This document shows, in pieces, positions 28,262-37,998 of a stretch of DNA of 57,068 nucleotides. Under the pieces are notes generated by a model. The model did no database searches and was not told the DNA's origin. It was given only the letters and a program-made list of their open reading frames with translations. The stretch spans positions 1 to 57,068 of the forward strand of contig JANNWY010000229.1 of assembly GCA_031409335.1 (NCBI GenBank), given 5' to 3'. The stretch's first letter is position 1. Each line of letters opens with the position of its first letter. The translations under genes and the position numbers were made by a program. The DNA comes from Chthoniobacteraceae bacterium (lineage in GTDB: Bacteria > Verrucomicrobiota > Verrucomicrobiia > Chthoniobacterales > Chthoniobacteraceae).

Positions 28262-29013
28262 GCACGCTCGAATCCATCGTCGGGCATCTCGACCGCACGC
28301 TGCGCACTGCCGAGATCGCCGACTACCCCGGCGCGTGGAACGGCCTCCAAATCGAAAACTCCGGCGCGGTGAAAAAAGTCGCCGCCGCCGTCGATGCCTG
28401 TGAGCCAGTGATCGCGGAAGCCGTCGCGCGCGGCGTCTCGCTGCTGCTCGTGCATCACGGATTGTTTTGGAGCGGAGTGCAGCCACTCGTTGGCGTGGTG
28501 CGACGCAAAGTGAAATCCGCGCTCGACGGCGACCTCGCGATCTACAGCTCGCACCTTCCCCTCGATCTCCACCCCACGCTCGGAAACAACGCGCTGCTCG
28601 CGAAGGCGCTTGGCTTCAAGCGTTGCGAGCCCTTCCTCGAAATGAAAGGCCAGGCCATCGGCGTGCAGACGAAGGCCGCGCTTTCCCTCGAAGAACTCTC
28701 CCGCCGCCTCGAACGCGCGCTCGGCAGCGCCCCGCACCTCGCCCCCGGTGGCCCGTCGAAAACCGCGCGCATCGGCATCGTGACGGGCGGTGCGGGCGGC
28801 GAAGTCGCGCAGGCGGCGGCGGAAGGCGTGGACACCTTCATCACCGGAGAAGGCCCGCACCACAGCTACACGCTCGCGGAGGAACTTGGCGTGAACATCT
28901 TCTACGGCGGACACTACGCGACGGAGACCTTCGGCGTGAAGGCGCTCGCCGCGCATGTGGCGAAGAAGTTCCGCGTGCCGTGGGAATTCATCGACCATCC
29001 GACGGGGTTGTGA
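28258..29013 (+). CDS. Nif3-like dinuclear metal center protein
   Basis: DYPGAWNGLQ, LLVHHGLFW, SSHLPLDLHP..GNN, GGHYATETFG; GTGA overlap start. Confidence 0.93.
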   Translation: MSTLESIVGHLDRTLRTAEIADYPGAWNGLQIENSGAVKKVAAAVDACEPVIAEAVARGVSLLLVHHGLFWSGVQPLVGVVRRKVKSALDGDLAIYSSHLPLDLHPTLGNNALLAKALGFKRCEPFLEMKGQAIGVQTKAALSLEELSRRLERALGSAPHLAPGGPSKTARIGIVTGGAGGEVAQAAAEGVDTFITGEGPHHSYTLAEELGVNIFYGGHYATETFGVKALAAHVAKKFRVPWEFIDHPTGL

Positions 29014-29088
29014 GCGGGACGTCGGACGCGCGAAGTTTTCCGCCTTTACGGGAGTGATGGAGCCATGAATCTGCGACGGAGAAAGGTT

Positions 29089-31383
29089 TCAGTTTTCTTC
29101 GGCTTCGAGAAGCACGGTGGCTTTGGGAATGATTTCCCGCATTTCGGGTGATGAGCCGGTGAGGACGGGCGGCAGGGTTGTCAGCTCGGGAATGGTAGCG
29201 AGGAACTTCAACAACTCAGTGCTCTTCACGGCATAGTTGACGTTCTGGGCAGCGGATGGATCGAGCATTCCGACGACGACACCGATCACGTTGCCGCTTT
29301 CATCCAATAGTGGACCGCCAGAATTTCCATGCTGAACGGGAGAGCTGAATTGAAACATACTTGCGTCGTCTTTCGCGCCCTTGAGTCCACTGATGGTGCC
29401 TTCGTTTGCCTTCAGCTCCCTGCCCTGAATATCGATCTGCGGGAAACCATAGGTTGCGACTTTGTCCAAAAGTTTTGCGGTTTCGCTGGGTCGGATTGGC
29501 AGCGCCTTGAACGAGCCTTCCACTTTCAAAAGGGCAAGGTCGTTTGCGCGATCTTCCCGCACAAGGCGGGCTGCAAGCCGCCCGAACTCTGTGGTGACCT
29601 GAATGTTTCGCGCGCGATTTGTGAAGTGAGCTGCGGTCACCAGATAACCCTGCGATGAAATGAAAAACCCGGTGGCGCTGAGGGAGAATCGGGGCGTGCG
29701 CGGGCTGGCTGGTGCCGAGGCTGGGCGTGTACGGGTGAGCTTGATCGTGCGCTGCGGCACGTGGTGGCGGAAAAAGGTTTCAGCAATTTTCTGGTGCAAC
29801 TCCTGGTAGGCGATGTCGGCCATACGATCGTAGAGCGAACCGCCCTGTGAGGCGTCGAGGAACTCCGCTGGATTGACAGGAAGATCGAAGCTCCACGCCG
29901 GGCCGCCGGGAGTCGTGATCTCAACGTGGAAGTTGAAGCCGAGCATGAGGTAAGCGCGCTCGCGCGCGGTGTCCGCGATCACGCCGTTTACAGGTTCAAC
30001 CGTCGCCTGAATGGTGAGCGCGGGTTTATCGAATCCGCGGGGGCTCCCGGAAAATGCGCGGCCTTTCGCAAGGCTCACGACTTCGGACGAGACGACATTC
30101 CGCAGGCCCTCGCGCAAAACGGAAACCACCGCGTCTTCGCGCCGATTCACCACCGCTGGCGAAAAGCTGGCCGCGCTTTGTGCGATCTCGATCGGCAGTC
30201 GATCGAGGCGCAGGCGATCTTTCAGATACTCGTCGATCGTTGTCAGCAGCGCCTGCGAGCTTTCCCCAAAGCGCACCTCCAGATCCGCTGTGCGGTGCTC
30301 CCGCAGCCAGCGGAAAAATCCTTTCACCGCAGGGTGCGCCTGCGGGTCCATTTCGGCGAGAGAATTGGTTTCACTGTCGTCGTAGATGCGCTCCAAAGCA
30401 GCAGCAGCCTCCGCTCCCGCTTGCGAATTTCCGAACTCATTTGCGACTTGCCGCAGCGCCTCGGCACCGCCGTCTTTCTGCGCTGCGCGCAACGCTGCCG
30501 CAGGCAACCGGCGTCGCTTCACGTCCGTGTGATAGGTCGAATCGGGTCGCTTCAGAAACTGCCGCCATGCCCCCGGAGTATTCGTCGATAGGGCCAAGCG
30601 AAATGCGATGCCGTCGCGCACCTGATTCGAGCCAAACCAAATTGCCACGCCCGCGACCACCCCTGCAATCAACCCTGAACGGACGACAGGCACGGGCAAG
30701 CCGAACCAGCCGCTTGCTCCACGCGCCCCCGATACCACGACGGGAGGACACACTTGCTCCCACGCCCCGCCATGGCGCGCTCCGTACAGTGGATCGAGCG
30801 CCAGCACGGTTTCCGAGTCTCCGACTGACATTGCCTCGGCAAGACGATCGTGCGCGATCTGGATTTGCCCCAAGAGCCGTTGCGCGATTTGCTGCGAGGC
30901 CACGATAAGTGAAACGGTCTCGCCCGGAAACTGCCACTTGATCTGTGCTTGTTGAATCCCGGATGCACCAGTCACGGATCCCATTTTTGCGTGCGTTAGC
31001 GTATCGAAGGGATGCAGCAAACACCGCCCGTCTTCGGCGATGATCACATCCGTGGCGAAAACGTAAATGCCGTCCGGAAATGGCAGTGCGCTTTTCATCT
31101 TTTGCGCGCGCGAGCGTCCGAAAATGCCCCACCCCAGTGATGTGGTGGCGGCAACCCACGCAGCCATCCACCAGATTTCCTGCCGCCTCGTACCAGTGAT
31201 CAACGCGAGGACGAGCAGGCTGCAAATCCCGCCCCACAAGAAAGCCACCCATCTCTCCTGGGCGGGCGCGAGGGAAGTCCAGAGCGGCTTCGGCATTCCA
31301 CGACCGACGATGCATTCCACAAAACGTTGACGGACGCTGGCATGCAGCCTCCCCAATGCTAGTTCCCGACACGTCCGAATCAT
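29089..31383 (-). CDS. Membrane-anchored protein with C-terminal trypsin-like (S1C) serine protease domain
   Basis: TM helices at the N-terminus; LVTAAH, NDLALLK, GNSGGPL triad; start codon uncertain. Confidence 0.82.
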   Translation of the reverse strand: MIRTCRELALGRLHASVRQRFVECIVGRGMPKPLWTSLAPAQERWVAFLWGGICSLLVLALITGTRRQEIWWMAAWVAATTSLGWGIFGRSRAQKMKSALPFPDGIYVFATDVIIAEDGRCLLHPFDTLTHAKMGSVTGASGIQQAQIKWQFPGETVSLIVASQQIAQRLLGQIQIAHDRLAEAMSVGDSETVLALDPLYGARHGGAWEQVCPPVVVSGARGASGWFGLPVPVVRSGLIAGVVAGVAIWFGSNQVRDGIAFRLALSTNTPGAWRQFLKRPDSTYHTDVKRRRLPAAALRAAQKDGGAEALRQVANEFGNSQAGAEAAAALERIYDDSETNSLAEMDPQAHPAVKGFFRWLREHRTADLEVRFGESSQALLTTIDEYLKDRLRLDRLPIEIAQSAASFSPAVVNRREDAVVSVLREGLRNVVSSEVVSLAKGRAFSGSPRGFDKPALTIQATVEPVNGVIADTARERAYLMLGFNFHVEITTPGGPAWSFDLPVNPAEFLDASQGGSLYDRMADIAYQELHQKIAETFFRHHVPQRTIKLTRTRPASAPASPRTPRFSLSATGFFISSQGYLVTAAHFTNRARNIQVTTEFGRLAARLVREDRANDLALLKVEGSFKALPIRPSETAKLLDKVATYGFPQIDIQGRELKANEGTISGLKGAKDDASMFQFSSPVQHGNSGGPLLDESGNVIGVVVGMLDPSAAQNVNYAVKSTELLKFLATIPELTTLPPVLTGSSPEMREIIPKATVLLEAEEN

Positions 31384-31528
31384 TTCATTTTCTGCGCAGA
31401 CAGCCCGCCACCGGTCAAGCCTAGAGGAGCGCATGCGGCGACGTCCCCTACGCCTTTTCGGTCGCGCCCATTGGTTTCCTCAATTTTGCAGTTTCGAGAT
31501 GTCTCCGGCAAAGCAGACAACCCGACAA

Positions 31529-32227
31529 ATGAGCGACTCGTTCGCAAAAAAGGAGTTCGCCGCGGCAGTTTACTTTATCGATATGGTAAATTTTACGGGG
31601 CAGGCGCTCGGCCGAGCACCGAAGGAGGTTGCCGAGCTAGCTTCGCCCTTTCTCCATGCCGTAGTCGATGCGGCGACGAGCAACATGTGCTTTGTCGATA
31701 AGACGATGGGAGACGAAGTGATGGTCGTGATGCCAGTGTTTGAAGCCACCAGAGATCCCTTTGATGAGGTAATGTGGTTTCTAGCCGACGCGGTTGCGCG
31801 TATCCAGCAGCGCGCTCCTGGAATCGCTTTCCGAGTGGGGGCGTGTTTCGGGAACGTTTTTCTGGACGAGGTGAAGGCCGAAACATTTCACGAATGGTCT
31901 GTTTACGGGAATTGTGTGAATGGCGCGAAGCGCCTGCAGTCGGTCCATCCTGTTTCAGTTTCGGAGGATCCGACGCGCAAATACCGACTCGTGGTGGGAG
32001 CAATCGAAGCGGAGAAGCCAGCTTTTCGAGAGGAAATCAGAGCTTGGTTGCGAGCCCCAAAGATTGAGCCAGAATCTCATCGAGAGCGACCGTTAACCTA
32101 TGTTGTGCGCCACCTCGAGTGCGGGGAGTTAAAAGGTGTGGGAAGGATGTGCTTTTTAGATTCGTGGCTCGTGCCTCGTCCCGATTTCAAAGAGTGGCGC
32201 GCCACGGACGCTCGCGCGTGGCACTGA
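31529..32227 (+). CDS. Class III nucleotide (adenylate) cyclase catalytic domain
   Basis: FIDMVNFT, DKTMGDEVM, FRVGACFG, SVYGNCVNGAKRLQS, ELKGVG; start uncertain (31499 or 31529). Confidence 0.82.
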   Translation: MSDSFAKKEFAAAVYFIDMVNFTGQALGRAPKEVAELASPFLHAVVDAATSNMCFVDKTMGDEVMVVMPVFEATRDPFDEVMWFLADAVARIQQRAPGIAFRVGACFGNVFLDEVKAETFHEWSVYGNCVNGAKRLQSVHPVSVSEDPTRKYRLVVGAIEAEKPAFREEIRAWLRAPKIEPESHRERPLTYVVRHLECGELKGVGRMCFLDSWLVPRPDFKEWRATDARAWH

Positions 32228-32428
32228 GCGCGGAAGGACGGGGTCAGCTTTGTGGCACAACCGAAATTGATCGGGCAGCCTGCTGAAGCGAAAAGTGGAT
32301 GAACCCAAATCCGGCGATGAACGACAAGAGTAAGACGGGGTCTTTGGAATTTCGCTCATTTTGGCACAACGAGATTCATCGGAGAAAGGGATCGGTTCAG
32401 AATTTCGCTGTGGAGTGCGTTCAGAGGA

Positions 32429-32620
32429 TTACGCCGAAGGTGTCACCAGTTGCTTTTGCACCCGCACGGTCCTTTCGGCGTGTTGCTTCTGCCGCTTGCG
32501 GAGGGATTCCCCGTGGCGGCGGGGGTCGTTGCCGTGCTCGGCGGCGAGGCGTCGGCGAATCTCGTGGATTTCGGCGATGGGATCGTCGGTGGTGTCAGGT
32601 GTGGTGATCGGCGTGTTCAT
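32429..32620 (-). CDS. Small protein, probable antitoxin partner of the PIN protein
   Basis: ATGA overlap with the PIN gene; DDPIAEIHEIRRRLAAEHGND. Confidence 0.7.
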   Translation of the reverse strand: MNTPITTPDTTDDPIAEIHEIRRRLAAEHGNDPRRHGESLRKRQKQHAERTVRVQKQLVTPSA

Positions 32621-33093
32621 TTTTCGGCCTCCAGGAGTTGAAAAGGTGTGGCGAGGATCGGCGTGTGCAAACCCAGGATGTCGTGAATGTGATGAACGTG
32701 CTCCAGTTTGTTTGGGTTCGCAATGTGGCGGCAGTTCCACGTGGCGAGTATGTCGCAGCCGTGCCACGCGGCGAGGGCGAGGTGGCGCGCGTCGCCTTCG
32801 AGGCTGGCGGGCATGAGTTTGTGGCGGATGTAAAACTCCACGGTCTCGTCGATCTCGGGAGTATCTTCCAGGATGGGAAGCGCGGCTGTGAGAGCAATGC
32901 ATTCCGTGCGCTTGGGTTCCGGGGTCAGATCGATCTCCGCGAGGACGGCATCGGAGGTGACGAATTGATTCCGTGCCCCGGCCTGCTGCGACCAATCCCG
33001 CGTCCAGTTGCGCATGGCGACGAGTTCGGGCCTGGGCCGTGTTTCGTGATAGAAGCTCGGAATGGTGGTCTCGATGTAGATGACTTTGCTCAA
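32617..33093 (-). CDS. PIN-domain (VapC-like) toxin
   Basis: IYIETTIPSFY, GDARHLALA, LATWNCRHIAN. Confidence 0.88.
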   Translation of the reverse strand: MSKVIYIETTIPSFYHETRPRPELVAMRNWTRDWSQQAGARNQFVTSDAVLAEIDLTPEPKRTECIALTAALPILEDTPEIDETVEFYIRHKLMPASLEGDARHLALAAWHGCDILATWNCRHIANPNKLEHVHHIHDILGLHTPILATPFQLLEAEK

Positions 33094-33270
33094 GGGAATA
33101 CGCGGGCTGGCGTGGTCGGCAGTGTGCGAAATTCGCCCTTCAGCGTCCAGCCGTCACATCGCGGAAATGTGCGAAGAGCTTCGCCACGTCGCGGAGATAA
33201 CGGGACGGGCAAATGGCGTTGCCCACCTCCGCGCTTGCGCCGCTGCTGCCGGGCAAACTACATCCGTCCC

Positions 33271-34404
33271 ATGTCGCGCCTCTTTCTCACCCTCGCACTC
33301 ACCACCGCCGTCACTTTTGCCGCTGAGCCGCCGGAGGTGCCGGAGGGCTTTGTCATCGAAACGATCTGCGAGGGACTCGATGCGGCGGTCACGATGGATG
33401 TCGCGCGCGACGGACGCGTTTTTTTCACCGAGCAGCTCGGGGCGGTGCGGGTGATCGAAAAGGGGAAGCTGCTCGACGAGCCGTTCGTCCGCGTCGAGGC
33501 GGATGACTATTTCGAGCGGGGCGTCGAGGGTGTCGCACTGCATCCGAACTTTCCCGCGGAGCCGTTCCTGTATGTCCACTACGTGCGCAAGCAGCCGCAT
33601 CCGGCGCACATCATCAGCCGCTTCACCGCCGCCGGGCCCACTTTCAACACGGCGCAGGCGGGCAGTGAACTGGTGATGTCGGAGGGCGAAAATCAGGACA
33701 AAAGACCCGCGAAGGCGCGCGGGGCGCATCAGGGCGGTGCGATGCGTTTCGGCGCGGATGGGAAGCTGTATGTGACGATCGGCGAACACACGACGCGCGA
33801 GCCTTCGCAGGCGCTGGATTCGCTCTTTGGGAAAGTCCTCCGCTTCAACCCCGACGGGAGCATTCCAAGTGACAATCCATTTTTCGCGGAAGCGAAGGGC
33901 GAGCATCGGGCGATCTGGGCGACCGGCCTGCGCAATCCGTTCGGCCTCGCGGTGCAGCCGGGCACGGGGCGCATCTTCGTCAACGATCCGGGCCAGGAGC
34001 TGTTCGAGGAGATTGATGAATTGAAGCGCGGCGCGAACTACGGCTGGCCGAAAGCGGAGGGGCTGGTGGGGCACCTGCCGGAGTTCGAGAAGCCGCTGCA
34101 CACTTACAATCGCGCGCTCGGCGCGTGCATCGCGGGCGGGGCGTTCGTGCCGGAGAAAGGCGCGCAGTTTCCGCCGGAGTTCGCGGGGAATTTCATCTTC
34201 GCCGACTACAGCGCCGGCTGGCTCCGCGTGCTTGATCCGGCAAATCCCGAAAAGAGCGCGCCCTTCGCCACGCGCATCCCGAACCCGACCGACGTCGCCT
34301 TTGCTCCCGATGGCTCGCTACTCGTCCTCGCCCGCGCCGCGACGCTGCATGACGGGAATATGAAGCGGCGCACCGGGACGCTGTTTCGCATCCGGGGCAA
34401 GTAA
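33271..34404 (+). CDS. PQQ-dependent glucose/sorbosone dehydrogenase-like protein
   Basis: Signal peptide, ERGVEGVALHPNF, HQGGAMRFGADGKLY, GLRNPF, GANYGWP. Confidence 0.88.
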   Translation: MSRLFLTLALTTAVTFAAEPPEVPEGFVIETICEGLDAAVTMDVARDGRVFFTEQLGAVRVIEKGKLLDEPFVRVEADDYFERGVEGVALHPNFPAEPFLYVHYVRKQPHPAHIISRFTAAGPTFNTAQAGSELVMSEGENQDKRPAKARGAHQGGAMRFGADGKLYVTIGEHTTREPSQALDSLFGKVLRFNPDGSIPSDNPFFAEAKGEHRAIWATGLRNPFGLAVQPGTGRIFVNDPGQELFEEIDELKRGANYGWPKAEGLVGHLPEFEKPLHTYNRALGACIAGGAFVPEKGAQFPPEFAGNFIFADYSAGWLRVLDPANPEKSAPFATRIPNPTDVAFAPDGSLLVLARAATLHDGNMKRRTGTLFRIRGK

Positions 34405-34418
34405 CCCCGCCGTGGCGG

Positions 34419-36041
34419 TCACTTCGCGGGCGGCTGCTTCATCGCCGCTTCGATCTTGCTGCGATGTTTGGGATCCATGTTGGCGAAGGATTCCATAACG
34501 GCTTTTTGCTCGGCGTCGGGGAGGGTTTTCAAAAAGGCTCCGGCTTGCTCGGGTGATCCCCAGCCGAGATGCGTCGCGATGGTGCGGACGGCGCGGTCGC
34601 GATCGTCTCCGGCGGGTAGGTTGCGCGCGTAGTTTGTGGCGCCTTCGGGGCGGACTTGCAGCCAGGTTTGCAGGATCTGTTCACGCGCCTCGCTCACGCG
34701 TTCGGCGGGAAGTTTCCCGGCCCACTCCATCGCGGCTTCGGGATTCTTTCCCGCCTGCTGACGGGCGACCTGTTGGATCATGCCGCTCGATGCGAGATCG
34801 CGATGCGGGCCGGTGACGAAATCGCGGACGCCCGCCGGGTCACTCCACACCCAATCCCATTGCACGCGCTCGAGCGCGGCTCGGCGCGCTTCCTTGTCCG
34901 GCAGCGCGGCGAGCCACTCGAGCGCAGCGTCGCGCTGATCAGCGCCTTTCTTAAACCACACCTCGAAGAGCGAAGCGGCGGCGCGGTCCTGCGTGGGGCC
35001 CGCATCCATGCCGGCGATGAGTTCCCCCGCGGTCACGAGGTTTTTCTCCGCGACAGCTTGCACGATCCCACCGACGGCGTCGTTGCGCGCGGTGCCGCTG
35101 AGATTTTCCTGGCTCCAAGCGAGCGCGCCTGCGGGATCTTTTTTTCCCCACGCGCCGACGAGACCCTGCGCGAGCGCGTTGCGAAAAGTGGTGTCGGTCT
35201 GCGCGGCGGTGAAGCGCGCGGCCGAGGCGAGATCCCTCTCCGCCCAGCCGCGCAAAATCTCGGGCGCGAGCGCCGAGCGCGAGGGCCCAGGGAGCGTGGA
35301 GGCAAACCGCAGCCCGCCCTCTGGATCGGAAGCAGCCCACGCTTTGCCGATGTGCTTGAGGGCCTCCTGAGCAGCGTAGCCGCGGCTGTATTTCGCGGCG
35401 ACCTCCGCCGCGTGACGCGGGTCGCGCGCAGCCCACGCGGCGACATTCTTCATGTCGGGAAGGTAGTTCGTGATGGTCCAGTCGCTCATCGCGCGAATCC
35501 CGGTTTCGACATCGCCTTTCATCAGTTCGCGGACGACGGAGTGGCGCATGGTTTCGCGCGCGGAGAAATTCTGGATGTCGGTGAGCGCCTCTACGACACC
35601 GGCGGGATCGGACTTCGCCCACTCCTCGAAAAGCGTGTCGCAGAGCGTCCACCGCTGCGGGAGCGCGCCGGGCGAGTCTTCGGGCACGAGCAGTTCCGCG
35701 TAGAGCGAGGCGAACATGTCCTTCGGGTCCAGCACGGCCCAATGCCCGGCGAGCATCCGCACCGCGGCGGAGTCGTTGCCCGCCGCGCGGATGAGGCCCG
35801 GCATGTCCCGCGCCGTCGCCTTCTCCGCCGCGGAAACAAGGAGCAGCCAGCGTTTCGCGCCCATCTCGGTTTTCATGGCGCGCGCCATCGGCTCGTTCGT
35901 TTGCGGCGTTTCGGGCGCGTCTTTGCCGGAAGACGACGCGCGTTTCCTGTCGGGAGAAATTGACCGCAGGCTCCCGGCGGCGACGCCTGCGACGAGGGCG
36001 AGCGCACTGGCGGCGATGGTGTTGAGGGCGGCGCGGTTCAT
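34419..36041 (-). CDS. Membrane-anchored helical-repeat protein (W-A-x-x-D-P-x-x-A repeats)
   Basis: Repeated WAKSDP, WAARDP, WAASDP, WGKKDP; start MNRAAL at an ATGA overlap. Confidence 0.78.
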   Translation of the reverse strand: MNRAALNTIAASALALVAGVAAGSLRSISPDRKRASSSGKDAPETPQTNEPMARAMKTEMGAKRWLLLVSAAEKATARDMPGLIRAAGNDSAAVRMLAGHWAVLDPKDMFASLYAELLVPEDSPGALPQRWTLCDTLFEEWAKSDPAGVVEALTDIQNFSARETMRHSVVRELMKGDVETGIRAMSDWTITNYLPDMKNVAAWAARDPRHAAEVAAKYSRGYAAQEALKHIGKAWAASDPEGGLRFASTLPGPSRSALAPEILRGWAERDLASAARFTAAQTDTTFRNALAQGLVGAWGKKDPAGALAWSQENLSGTARNDAVGGIVQAVAEKNLVTAGELIAGMDAGPTQDRAAASLFEVWFKKGADQRDAALEWLAALPDKEARRAALERVQWDWVWSDPAGVRDFVTGPHRDLASSGMIQQVARQQAGKNPEAAMEWAGKLPAERVSEAREQILQTWLQVRPEGATNYARNLPAGDDRDRAVRTIATHLGWGSPEQAGAFLKTLPDAEQKAVMESFANMDPKHRSKIEAAMKQPPAK

Positions 36042-37891
36042 CGCGGGAACAATTCGTTTTCCATCCCCGGCTTGTAGTTTTCGCGAAGCGTTTTCAGTTC
36101 GTCCGCGGGGAGATTCGCGCTCTGGAGCATCTGCTCGGCGATGGCCGGATCTTTTCTCCGCAAACCGAGGTAGGCCATGTGCAACGAGGCGCGGCGGGTC
36201 TCGGGAGACTGGACGCTCATTGCCCACGTCCACGACGCCTCCGGCTCGGATTTCGCGAGCGCATTGACGAGGCTTTGTGAGGCGTCGTCGCGGCCTGCGC
36301 CGGCGGGGAGCGTGTCCACCCAGCGCGCGGCTTCGCGCGGATCGTTGATCGCCCATGTCCCGGCAATGGAACTGAGCGCACGATCGCGTCCGGCGGCATC
36401 CGAAAGGGATGAGGCCCACTGCACCGCGGCCTCCGGATCGGTCCCCGCCCAGCCGCTCGCGAACTGCGAAGTCGCGCCGGCGCGGCGCTCGACGGGGATT
36501 TCGTTGAGCCGCGCGATCCAGCGCGACGGGTCGCCAGTCACGTTCCTTGCGCCATACGAGAAGCCCGTTTCGAGCAGGCGCAGGCGGAGCTTTGAGGGCG
36601 CTTTCTCGAGCAGATCCTCGAACTGATCCATCCGGCTGCCACCATTGATCAGGCTCATCACGCCGCGCTCGATCAGCGCGGCGTTTTCCGGCGTGTCGGG
36701 AAGTTTGTCGAGGAATGCGAGCGCTACTTCCGGCTCTTTCCACGCCATGGCGCTGACGAGCGAACCGCGCAGGCTGCTCGTGAGGTCGCCCGGCGGTTGG
36801 CCGTCGAGCCAGTTCAGGATCGCGTCGCGGTGCAGGTAGCCTTCGTTGAGGACGGCATTACCGAAAACTTGCTCAAGCCCTGGCAGCACGCCCGTCGTGA
36901 ACAGGCGCATCGTGCCCGGTGTGTCCACGCCGAGCCGGCGCGACATTTCGCTTTGCAGCCCATCGAGGCTCGCGCGCCCGAGCTTGCCGGGATGATCGCG
37001 CAGCCACGCGATCGTCCCATCCCAATCCTTCTTCGCCGCCTCGCGGAGCACCTGCGCGCCGGCATCGCTCGCGTGTTGCATGTCGTCGCCGCCGGGCGGG
37101 GCGAGATCCAGTTTGCCGAGCGCGGCGCTGGGATCGGTCTTCGCCCAACCGGCGAGCACGGCCCTCAGCGCCTCGTCCCGCGCTTCGCCCGCCGGCATCG
37201 CCTGCGCCCACGCGAGCGCGGCGACACCATCCTTTTCCGCCCACGCTCTCGCGACACCCGCGAGCGCCTGGCCGCGTTGTTCGCCGGTGATCGACTCGGC
37301 GGCGGCGCGCGCGGCGGCGGGATCTTTCGCAGCGAAAATGGCGAACGCATTATCCGCCGAACGGTCCCAGCGATTGCCCGGCGGCTTGATCAGCCCGAGC
37401 ACTTCGACGAGCCGCGACGGCGCGACCTTTGCGATGTCTTTCAGCAAGCCCCGCAACCTCTCGCGCGCCTTGTCCCCGCCCGCGAGCAGGCCGGTGACCG
37501 CCCCCTGCGGATCGCGTCGCAGCCATTCGCGCGCGAGTTGCCCGAAGTTGCCGGGGTCCTTTTCCAAAAGATACGCCAGCGCCGCCTGCGGATTGGTCAT
37601 CGACCACTCCGCGATGAACGCCGAGCGAAACGCGCGCCGCCGGAATGCATCCTTGGTGTCCTTGATCGCCGCGTAAAGCGCCGCGTTGTCGTCGCCATGC
37701 GTCGCGCGAAGCTGTTCCCATTCGTCGATGAACGCGCTCTCCGTCGCGGTTGGCAATTTCAACTCCACCGCGGGCGAGGGCGCATCCGCCGTGCGCGGTG
37801 CGTACACGGCTACGGATGGGGTGTTGAACGCGCTGGCGGCGAAGTAACCGGCAGCGCCGAACGCGGCGACCACTAGGACTCGGGAGAGCAT
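36038..37891 (-). CDS. Membrane-anchored helical-repeat protein (paralog)
   Basis: Repeated WLRRDP, WAKTDP, WAGTDP, WAINDP; N-terminal TM. Confidence 0.8.
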   Translation of the reverse strand: MLSRVLVVAAFGAAGYFAASAFNTPSVAVYAPRTADAPSPAVELKLPTATESAFIDEWEQLRATHGDDNAALYAAIKDTKDAFRRRAFRSAFIAEWSMTNPQAALAYLLEKDPGNFGQLAREWLRRDPQGAVTGLLAGGDKARERLRGLLKDIAKVAPSRLVEVLGLIKPPGNRWDRSADNAFAIFAAKDPAAARAAAESITGEQRGQALAGVARAWAEKDGVAALAWAQAMPAGEARDEALRAVLAGWAKTDPSAALGKLDLAPPGGDDMQHASDAGAQVLREAAKKDWDGTIAWLRDHPGKLGRASLDGLQSEMSRRLGVDTPGTMRLFTTGVLPGLEQVFGNAVLNEGYLHRDAILNWLDGQPPGDLTSSLRGSLVSAMAWKEPEVALAFLDKLPDTPENAALIERGVMSLINGGSRMDQFEDLLEKAPSKLRLRLLETGFSYGARNVTGDPSRWIARLNEIPVERRAGATSQFASGWAGTDPEAAVQWASSLSDAAGRDRALSSIAGTWAINDPREAARWVDTLPAGAGRDDASQSLVNALAKSEPEASWTWAMSVQSPETRRASLHMAYLGLRRKDPAIAEQMLQSANLPADELKTLRENYKPGMENELFPR

Positions 37892-37998
37892 AAGCGAAGT
37901 GGCGCAGACGCTATTCCCGTTTCACTACTCGGAGCAATGCCATTCTCCGACTCTCGATGCGCCGGTGTGCGATTGAATGCGGAACGGCGACGTCCGTC

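Noticed and set aside
31529..32227. Pycsar system
   Set aside because: The cyclase keeps the adenine-specifying Lys, and no cNMP-binding TIR or TM effector gene is adjacent.
32638..33270. Long N-terminal extensions in the ORF track (e.g. 32638-34404, 34419-36743, 28066-29013, 9949-13371)
   Set aside because: They overlap neighbouring real genes; internal starts give signal peptides or ATGA/GTGA coupling.
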